Part shown: one piece after another, positions 58,296 to 64,000 of the stretch
Numbering within the stretch: the first letter of the stretch is position 1
Layout of the letters: each line of letters begins with the position of its first letter
Sequence record: OZ346187.1
Source: a phage
Direction: 5' to 3' (one strand)
DNA: 64,000 nt
Program-made: the position numbers and the translations under genes
Notes under the pieces: model-generated
The model's database searches: none
Seen by the model: the letters and a program-made list of their open reading frames with translations, nothing else
Told to the model about the DNA's origin: nothing

Positions 58296-58646
58296 ATGAA
58301 AGATGGGGATAAGCTGCTATATCTTAAAGTCCCCCTTGAAATACTATCTATGTCAAAAGTTTTGAATGACACAACTGGGGAGGTTGTTGTTCTTGACTTG
58401 TATGACAAGATCGTATACTGCTACCTGCACAACTGGTATAAGCTTGGAGGAAATTCACGCTTCACACCAAGCACAAGGAAAATTGCAGCAGATGTTGGGA
58501 TAAAGAAAACAAAAGCAGCAGCGTGCGTTAAAACTTTAGAATGTGCAGGAGTGGTTGAAACATCCACACAAGGGAGAGGTAAAAGATGCACATTTTCCAA
58601 AGTTTTGCCACCAGAAGAAGTTATTCGGATGTCAACAACTGGTTAG
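58296..58646 (+). CDS. hypothetical protein, possibly DNA-binding
   Basis: 116-aa ORF directly upstream of the iteron-like repeats. Confidence 0.35.
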   Translation: MKDGDKLLYLKVPLEILSMSKVLNDTTGEVVVLDLYDKIVYCYLHNWYKLGGNSRFTPSTRKIAADVGIKKTKAAACVKTLECAGVVETSTQGRGKRCTFSKVLPPEEVIRMSTTG

Positions 58647-58717
58647 ACCAGTAAAAACTTAAATATCTGTACTATAAGGATTCGTATGTTTTATGTTCGC
58701 CATGGAACGGATACTAT

Positions 58718-58783
58718 TAACTGTCCGTGATACGGACACATCTGCCCGTAATACGGACACTAACTGTCCGTGATACGGACACA
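58718..58783. repeat. three tandem ~21-bp iteron-like repeats, each an inverted repeat
   Basis: TAACTGTCCGTGATACGGACACA at 58718 and 58761 (identical) and TCTGCCCGTAATACGGACAC between; each is GTCCGT-N3-ACGGAC; followed by an AT-rich segment with GGTACTAAGTAC / CTAAGTACC palindromes (58790-58920). Confidence 0.8.
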
Positions 58784-58920
58784 TAAAGAATATAACTAAA
58801 ATAACTAAATAATAAAAAATAAAAGATCTAGTACTTATGGTACTAAGTACATATACTTAACTTATGTAGAATATACTAGATCCTAAGTACCATGTTTTAA
58901 ATTTATTACTTACTATGGGC

Positions 58921-59170
58921 AGTGTCGGCCCTTCATTGGCACTCGCCTACGAGGGGCGAGATGCCGGGCCTCCTTGGTGCACACAATAACAGAAGTTCAT
59001 ACATGCAGGTCTGTTAACATGTGTGGGAGCGAAGCGATAGCGCAGGCCAAAGGCCGAGCACTGATGTGGGCCACCGACGAAAGCTTGCCAGCGCCGTAAG
59101 GAGTCGGTTGAGAGTCTCCCGCACGAGCTTGGATGAAGTTTATGTGTGGAAACTGACAAGAAGGCCCCTA
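58921..59170 (+). ncRNA. candidate structured non-coding RNA (unclassified)
   Basis: ~250 bp GC-rich block in AT-rich surroundings; several hairpins (CTCGCC-TACGAGG-GGCGAG, GGCC-AAA-GGCC); only a weak overlapping minus-strand ORF. Confidence 0.25.
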
Positions 59171-59285
59171 AATCGCTCCACAGCTATATAAACTATACCA
59201 GGTAATGCAATCGCACCAGTTTGATAGAAAAGCTCGTTACAAAGCGATACAGTGAGTTTTTCTATAACTTGAAGAGGAGGCAGCT

Positions 59286-59864
59286 ATGGGTTCACGCAAA
59301 GATGACCGTGAAAAGATTGCAAAACGTTATCAGAATGAAGAACAGATGGAGAAAACTTTCAAGTGGAAGCCAGGTTTCCAGCGTAATCATTCTAACGCTC
59401 GTGATCGTAAGCATCCGGATAAGTGGTTAACACCGCCAAATGATGGCATGCAGGTTGGGGATGAGAAGGAGCTGTCACCTGGAAAAGATGGCAACTACAT
59501 TCGCACTAAGGAAGCAGGTCCAAAGGATGACAGCTATCTTGTAGATAAGGTTCTTGACGGTGTTGATGTAGGTGTTGACACTGTACGAAACCTTTTTCTT
59601 GGTTGGTATCGCACAGGGTTTTTCGACATCAAGGCTATTCGTCGTGTTTGTGATATTAAAAAGTCTGCCTACGATGATGATTCCCTACATCGCACTCTGA
59701 GACAATACTCAGAGAGGTACGGTCATCCAGTTATCACTCTTGACGATATTAACGAAGTTATGTATCATGTAGAGGTTGTTGCAGGTAGGTTCGGTGATGC
59801 ATATCTCGGTATTCTTTCTGCAAAGGATGAGGTAATGTTAAATAAGATTTACTATGAACGCTGA
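59286..59864 (+). CDS. hypothetical protein
   Basis: 192-aa ORF after AGGAGG RBS. Confidence 0.5.
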   Translation: MGSRKDDREKIAKRYQNEEQMEKTFKWKPGFQRNHSNARDRKHPDKWLTPPNDGMQVGDEKELSPGKDGNYIRTKEAGPKDDSYLVDKVLDGVDVGVDTVRNLFLGWYRTGFFDIKAIRRVCDIKKSAYDDDSLHRTLRQYSERYGHPVITLDDINEVMYHVEVVAGRFGDAYLGILSAKDEVMLNKIYYER

Positions 59865-59874
59865 GGGGCGATTA

Positions 59875-60063
59875 ATGAACAATCCGGTAGCAAAGAACTG
59901 TAATAAATTCAACAAGTCTGCGATTCACACTGACAGGAAAAAGAGTTGGTTTCCTGACATTGACGAGGAGCTTGAGAGTTACTTTGAAGATTTAGTCACC
60001 AATGCAGATGAGGTTGCGATTAAAGAATACGCAGACAGGAGGGATAAGGCCGGAATCTGTTGA
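59875..60063 (+). CDS. hypothetical protein
   Basis: ORF track 59854-60063; ATG at 59875. Confidence 0.35.
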   Translation: MNNPVAKNCNKFNKSAIHTDRKKSWFPDIDEELESYFEDLVTNADEVAIKEYADRRDKAGIC

Positions 60064-60088
60064 CAAAAATAATGTTACCTGATAAGAT
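60060..60088 (+). promoter_or_regulatory. sigma70-type promoter
   Basis: TTGACA, 17-bp spacer, TAAGAT. Confidence 0.5.
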
Positions 60089-60139
60089 CTGCAATATGAT
60101 GTGATACAATTTTAACTTACGAGGTCTACAGGTAATGCT

Positions 60140-60382
60140 ATGTTTAAGGTTAAGCTCGTTTTTCGTTCCATGAATGAGGATTATTTAGAAGATGAAGGTG
60201 AATTTCGTGCACTGGATGATGCAATAGATTTTGCCAACGACTTAGCTTGTATGAATACGGGTTATGGGCTATGCTGTTGGGATGGTGGTGTTCAGATCGG
60301 TGATAGCAAGATCTTCTACTTCTACCCTGAGCCTGATAACAAACAAATTAAGTATGTTTTATTTATTTGTGCTTTACAATGA
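60140..60382 (+). CDS. hypothetical protein
   Basis: 80-aa ORF downstream of promoter. Confidence 0.4.
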   Translation: MFKVKLVFRSMNEDYLEDEGEFRALDDAIDFANDLACMNTGYGLCCWDGGVQIGDSKIFYFYPEPDNKQIKYVLFICALQ

Positions 60383-60669
60383 GGTTGTTTTCGTGTATCA
60401 TGATGAATATCCAATTTAAAGATGAATTTGATGGCTTTATCTCCGGATGCTTTGAAACAGGGTTCGGAGAAGGCTGAGTTCCCCTTAGAGGGCTTGATAG
60501 TGCACCACACTTAAAATGGTAGGGGCAGCCAGCACATGACGATGTGACCCCAGCCAACCTGTAATAAGGTCGAGCCAAAGTGCGGTAATGGGCTCTGGTA
60601 ACCCACTTGTTGGGTCTTGCTGGTCCAGGACGCTGGACAAGTCGCAGGGAATACCACCCTGCGGCGAAC

Positions 60670-60698
60670 TTGACAATCAGTATTTGCTATGATAAAAT
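60670..60698 (+). promoter_or_regulatory. sigma70-type promoter
   Basis: TTGACA, 17-bp spacer, TAAAAT. Confidence 0.5.
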
Positions 60699-60726
60699 CC
60701 ACCTATCACGTGATAATGGAGGAAAC

Positions 60727-61065
60727 ATGGCGGATACAACTAAAAAGCGTCGCCGTAGAGGCAGACCTCTGAAAGAGGAGTCCAACGCCATTCAGCTAGA
60801 GAAGAACATCCTTGATATGAAGGAATCTTTTATAGCGATGGTTCCAGAAGCTCACAAAGTTTTAAGAGAGCTGATGTTGGACCCGAAAACCAAACAAAAT
60901 ATTCGTCAAAGCATTGCAGAGTATGTTCTTGATAAGGCAGACCGAATGCAGGAAGAATATGATGAGATGTTTGGTGAAGAGGAAGAGGTGGTAGTGGAAG
61001 AGGCTGAAAAACCAGCACCTTTTATGCCATTTACTACAGAAATACAGCCTGTTAGCAATAGCTAA
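60727..61065 (+). CDS. AT-hook-containing small acidic protein
   Basis: ATG at 60727 after GGAGGAAAC; N-terminal KKRRRRGRPLK (AT-hook-like RGRP); acidic C-terminus; ORF track 60607-61065. Confidence 0.4.
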   Translation: MADTTKKRRRRGRPLKEESNAIQLEKNILDMKESFIAMVPEAHKVLRELMLDPKTKQNIRQSIAEYVLDKADRMQEEYDEMFGEEEEVVVEEAEKPAPFMPFTTEIQPVSNS

Positions 61066-61074
61066 AATATTTTC

Positions 61075-61103
61075 TTGACAAACTTTGCTTAACAGTGTAA
61101 TAT
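61075..61103 (+). promoter_or_regulatory. sigma70-type promoter upstream of tRNA cluster
   Basis: TTGACA, 17-bp spacer, TAATAT. Confidence 0.5.
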
Positions 61104-61162
61104 TGTAAACATGGTCTCCCACCTTTTCTGGCGGCTAAGGTGTAAAAGAAAGCCACCCAGTG

Positions 61163-61237
61163 CCCTGTTAGCTTAGTGGATAAAGCAGCGGCCTTCTAAG
61201 CCGTTGACACTGGTTCGAGTCCAGTACGGGGTGCCAA
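61163..61237 (+). tRNA. tRNA-Arg (anticodon TCT)
   Basis: Hand-folded cloverleaf: acceptor GCCCTGT/ACGGGGT (with G.U pairs), anticodon loop CTTCTAA, T-loop GGTTCGAGTCC, CCA encoded. Confidence 0.65.
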
Positions 61238-61241
61238 ATTG

Positions 61242-61327
61242 GGGAGTTATCCCGTAGAGGTAGCGGTGTAGACTGTAAATCTATTGTCATTGCGACTCGG
61301 GTGGTTCGACTCCACCACTCCCCACCA
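61242..61327 (+). tRNA. tRNA-Tyr (anticodon GTA), long variable arm
   Basis: Acceptor GGGGAGT/ACTCCCC, anticodon loop CTGTAAA, T-arm GGTGG-TTCGACT-CCACC, CCA encoded. Confidence 0.65.
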
Positions 61328-61441
61328 AATTTATATTTTTAGATGCATAAATAATACAGATAATGGCATTGATATTTATCGTCGTTTATACTAGTCACTA
61401 ACTGCTCGAAAATCAGTGTCATTATCAGTATAATTTATAAA

Positions 61442-61532
61442 GGAGGGTAGGGAGCAATGGTGCTCAAGCGGTCTTGAAAACCGTCCCGTTGAGGATGACT
61501 CGATGATGGTTCGATTCCATTACTCTCCGCCA
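61442..61532 (+). tRNA. tRNA-Ser (anticodon TGA), long variable arm
   Basis: Acceptor GGAGGGT/ACTCTCC, D-stem GAGC/GCTC, anticodon loop CTTGAAA, T-loop GGTTCGATTCC, CCA encoded. Confidence 0.6.
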
Positions 61533-61630
61533 CATTGTTGACCTTGTAATTAAGCGAAAGCCGGAAGCAGAACCGGATTATCAAATGTTACAGTCGTCAT
61601 CGCCGACTAGCAACATGGTCAACATACTGA

Positions 61631-61729
61631 GCTAGGTAAGCCCTTTGGCAAGGGCGAGGATTTTTAATCCTGAAAATAGACGAGGTAGTCGTTGAATACA
61701 TAGGTGGTTCGATTCCATCACCTAGCACC
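61631..61729 (+). tRNA. atypical tRNA-like gene (~99 nt), anticodon ambiguous (most consistent with TTT)
   Basis: Perfect 7-bp acceptor GCTAGGT/ACCTAGC, D-arm GCCC-TTTGGCAA-GGGC, T-arm GGTGG-TTCGATT-CCATC; anticodon stem imperfect with loop TTTTTAA; ~29-nt extra region before the T-arm; 3' end ACC then T (CCA not fully encoded). Confidence 0.35.
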
Positions 61730-61734
61730 TTTTT

Positions 61735-61810
61735 GCTGATGTAGCACAATCGGTAGTGCAATTGATTTGTAATCAATAGGTTGTAGGTTCAAGTCCTGCC
61801 ATCAGCACCA
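61735..61810 (+). tRNA. tRNA-Thr (anticodon TGT)
   Basis: Acceptor GCTGATG/CATCAGC, D-arm GCAC-AATCGGTA-GTGC, anticodon stem ATTGA/TCAAT with loop TTTGTAA, CCA encoded. Confidence 0.7.
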
Positions 61811-61811
61811 A

Positions 61812-61886
61812 GGCCCTGTAGCTGGAAGGTTCAAGCAAGCGACTCATAATCGCCAGACGGTGGTTCAATTCCACCCAGGGCCACCA
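61812..61886 (+). tRNA. tRNA-Met (anticodon CAT; initiator, elongator or Ile-lysidine type not resolved)
   Basis: Acceptor GGCCCTG/CAGGGCC, anticodon loop CTCATAA, T-arm GGTGG-TTCAATT-CCACC, CCA encoded. Confidence 0.65.
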
Positions 61887-61897
61887 AATAGTAAATA

Positions 61898-61974
61898 CTC
61901 CGCGTAGCTCAGCTTGGTAGAGCGCCTGATTTGGGATCAGGAGGTCGAGTGTTCGAATCACTCCGTGGAGACCA
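61898..61974 (+). tRNA. tRNA-Pro (anticodon TGG)
   Basis: Acceptor CTCCGCG/CGTGGAG, D-arm GCTC-AGCTTGGTA-GAGC, anticodon stem CCTGA/TCAGG with loop TTTGGGA, T-arm GAGTG-TTCGAAT-CACTC, CCA encoded. Confidence 0.7.
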
Positions 61975-62020
61975 CTTTCAGTTATACTTTAAACATATAT
62001 AAACAAAAGGAACCTTTAAA

Positions 62021-62290
62021 ATGTATACACTTAAAATTGTAGAGCGTGTAAATCCAACTCATACCGTAGATTTTCGTGACGATTTCAATCCTCTGGCTGT
62101 AAATCTTCGAGAGTCATATCATGAACTCAGCTGCGATGCAGTGGTGGTCTTTTTTGAAGACAACTCTGAAGGGGCGGTAGCTTGTGTTGTTGATAGTGAG
62201 CAGAAGTTTTATATTTACAGAGATGTAGATGCATACTTGATGAATGAAAATGCAGTTACTGTTAGAATCATCCACCGAGTGCCTCGATAA
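62021..62290 (+). CDS. hypothetical protein
   Basis: 89-aa ORF after AAAGGAAC; followed by terminator. Confidence 0.45.
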   Translation: MYTLKIVERVNPTHTVDFRDDFNPLAVNLRESYHELSCDAVVVFFEDNSEGAVACVVDSEQKFYIYRDVDAYLMNENAVTVRIIHRVPR

Positions 62291-62342
62291 GTATTAGTCT
62301 CCTTTTAGTTAGTTTCGATCTATTTAGGTTACTCAATTTTAA

Positions 62343-62377
62343 CCCGCCCCGTTAGCTGTATAGCTGCGGGGTTTTTT
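62343..62377 (+). terminator. rho-independent terminator
   Basis: GC-rich hairpin CCGCCCCG...CGGGG followed by TTTTTT. Confidence 0.55.
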
Positions 62378-62395
62378 CGTTTCTGGAGCCTTAAA

Positions 62396-62794
62396 ATGAT
62401 TTCAGTTTTAACATGGCTGAGCAGGTATAAAGGGATCATAAAAGGTTTAGTTTTTGCAGCTGCGATAGGTACAGCTTATCTTGGGGCCGTGTATTGGTTT
62501 AACTCTAAGCTTAATGATGCCTACCAAGAAGGTGTGTCAGCAACAGAGTTAAAGTGGGAACGGATCCTTGATCAGCAACAAAAGCAGGCCGACAAAATTA
62601 AAATGGGCCACGCAGAGGAGGTTAAAAACCTTGAAAAATCCCTTTCTGATCTGCAGGATAAATTAAATATAGCTGAGAAGGCAGGTAAAGAAAAGCAGAT
62701 TATCTACCTCCAGTCACCTGAAGGCAAGAAGTCAACACTTCCTGATCAGCTTATAGATATTTATAATGAGAGTATCAATCAGGAGGATCAATGA
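62396..62794 (+). CDS. inner-membrane spanin (i-spanin, Rz-like)
   Basis: N-terminal TM segment GLVFAAAIGTAYLGAVYWF followed by charged coiled-coil; followed directly by a lipoprotein gene. Confidence 0.6.
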   Translation: MISVLTWLSRYKGIIKGLVFAAAIGTAYLGAVYWFNSKLNDAYQEGVSATELKWERILDQQQKQADKIKMGHAEEVKNLEKSLSDLQDKLNIAEKAGKEKQIIYLQSPEGKKSTLPDQLIDIYNESINQEDQ

Positions 62795-63078
62795 GAGTTG
62801 CTACACTGTTTATTGTGTGCTTGTTATTATGTGGGTGTGCAACCAGCGTTGAGAGAGAATACAAGATTGACCCTCCTGATGTAGGAAGGTTGATTGTTAA
62901 ACCCCCGGAAGGTGCCATGAAACCACCTGCTAAAGCTATGCCTTTGAAGAAAGGTGCGCCAGATGCAGTGAATTCTGGCATTATGAGGGATAATAATCTG
63001 TCTTGTAGCAATGATAGAGCTAAATTGATCATTTTGCAAGACTATATTAGAACACTTTTTCCAAAGGAGAGAGGTTAA
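62791..63078 (+). CDS. outer-membrane spanin (o-spanin, Rz1-like lipoprotein)
   Basis: Signal peptide with lipobox LLCGC, proline-rich mature region; start overlaps the i-spanin stop. Confidence 0.6.
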   Translation: MRVATLFIVCLLLCGCATSVEREYKIDPPDVGRLIVKPPEGAMKPPAKAMPLKKGAPDAVNSGIMRDNNLSCSNDRAKLIILQDYIRTLFPKERG

Positions 63079-63503
63079 TGTCTAAGATTTACGGACCGTG
63101 TTCTGAAAAGCAGAAGATGATCCTAGAAAACGATGCAGATATTTTGGTAATCGGCGGTGCCGCAGGGTCTGGCAAGTCGTTCCTCTTGCAATTGATGCCA
63201 CTTAAAATTATTGATGACCCCCACAGCTCTGTGGTTATGTTCCGAAGAACAACCCCACAGTTGGAAGGTGAGGGTGGATTATGGCCTAAAGCAGTAGCTA
63301 TTTATAGTGATCTGCCTGAAAACATTAAGCCAAAGTTTAGAGAGAAGGATCATAAGTTCATTTTTCCACGGTTTGATCCGAACACTGGCAAGTGGGATAG
63401 AAGCAAAAAGGGAGCTGTTGTAAAATACTGCCACATGGAGTATGTACAAGATAAGCTTAACCATCAGGGGCTTGAGTACACCATGGTTTGCTTCGATGAG
63501 GGT
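63078..63503 (+). CDS. terL: terminase large subunit, exon 1 (ATPase N-terminus)
   Basis: Walker A GGAAGSGKS, Walker B MVCFDEG; ORF stop 63504-63506 falls immediately after the proposed 5' splice site (exon ends in U). Confidence 0.5.
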
Positions 63504-64000
63504 TAATTTGTAGCTCTCGTAAAACCTCCCTAATTGCGGGGAAATCTTTATTATTGACACCACCAACCTGTCATGGTAACATGACAGAGGCTTCGAAGAG
63601 AGATCGAAGGTATGGTAACAGTGTGTTAATTTAGATAATCCGCAGCGAAGCATCCGAGAGGATGAACGTTCAACGACTAGTCGAAAGACGTAGAATCAAG
63701 CGATTCGAAACGGGAGGGTGAATGTGTAATACTAAGAAATGTATGGATTGCCAAAGAGTTCTACCTATTGATGATTTCTTTTTATCATCTAAGAGCAAGG
63801 ATGGATACTCAGGTACATGCAAGGAATGCTATATGTACTACAGGAAGGGTGGATCTCGTAAAAACAAAAATATGGTTAAGAGAGATGATGCAGCATTGTT
63901 TATTCAAGACTTGCTGAAGAAAGGTGAACTTTTTGAATGCAAATCTTGTCATGAAAGTATGCTCGCTGATAGTTTTTACACAAAACGTGACTATGGTAAA
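63504..64000 (+). mobile_element. group I intron in terL (3' end beyond window)
   Basis: P element AATTGCGGGGAAA (63531), Q element AATCCGCAGC (63640), R element GTTCAACGACTAG (63682), followed by an RBS and ORF. Confidence 0.6.
63722..64000 (+). CDS. intron-encoded zinc-finger protein, probable homing endonuclease (3' partial)
   Basis: ATG after GGGAGGGTGA RBS inside the intron; CxxC ... CxxC and CKSCH cysteine pairs; continues past window end. Confidence 0.4.
   Translation, partial: MCNTKKCMDCQRVLPIDDFFLSSKSKDGYSGTCKECYMYYRKGGSRKNKNMVKRDDAALFIQDLLKKGELFECKSCHESMLADSFYTKRDYGK

Noticed and set aside
58718-58783. CRISPR array
   Set aside because: Only three repeat units, which are palindromic and directly abutting without spacers; no other CRISPR-like arrays seen in the window
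58947-59159. 70-aa minus-strand ORF in the GC-rich block
   Set aside because: No RBS, odd composition; the region is better explained as structured non-coding DNA/RNA, though this is not proven
58921-59170. tmRNA or retron msr/msd
   Set aside because: No tRNA-like 3' end or tag-peptide frame for tmRNA, and no reverse transcriptase gene nearby for a retron
61360-61440. Promoter immediately upstream of tRNA-Ser (TTGATA ... TATACT)
   Set aside because: Spacer is only ~12 bp; an alternative TATAAT at 61429 lacks a convincing -35
61773-61961. 62-aa minus-strand ORF across the tRNA cluster
   Set aside because: Overlaps tRNA-Thr, tRNA-Met and tRNA-Pro; the tRNA folds explain the sequence
1-64000. 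Assigning the phage to a named lineage (for example T5-like)
   Set aside because: Gene content overlaps several large virulent phage groups; the lambda R-type endolysin and T7-like polymerase do not fit a single textbook genome I can recall, so no lineage is claimed without a search

Overview
This window reads as a segment of a large virulent dsDNA bacteriophage genome (moderate GC, probably a Gram-negative host); lineage cannot be assigned without a database search. All calls are from reading the sequence and the supplied ORF translations; no searches or structure predictions were run. Layout: (i) 1-16447, a plus-strand block with a partial DNA methyltransferase, a primase-helicase, a T7-like family A DNA polymerase and many small ORFs behind near-consensus sigma70 promoters; (ii) 16450-18290, a 1.8 kb ORF-poor convergent junction with a ~163 bp inverted repeat and a repeated 9-mer; (iii) 18290-57175, a long minus-strand block with small early-type ORFs (including a tandem paralog family and an HPF homolog), then nucleotide metabolism (NrdA/B, split NrdD, NrdG, glutaredoxin, ThyX, dNMP kinase, PhoH), several DNA methyltransferases, recombination/repair nucleases, endolysin, DNA ligase, and a Sir2-like / MazG-like / RNA-ligase group; (iv) 57219-64000, a plus-strand block with a P-loop kinase, a metallophosphatase, an iteron-like repeat region, a tRNA cluster, spanins and the start of a terminase large subunit. 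The most striking feature is the load of self-splicing elements in essential genes: an intein plus a group I intron in the DNA polymerase, a group I intron with an HNH endonuclease in nrdD, and a group I intron in terL. The best candidates for an undescribed system are the Sir2-like/MazG-like/RNA-repair island (54396-58248) and the tandem array of ~80-aa paralogs (20984-29455).
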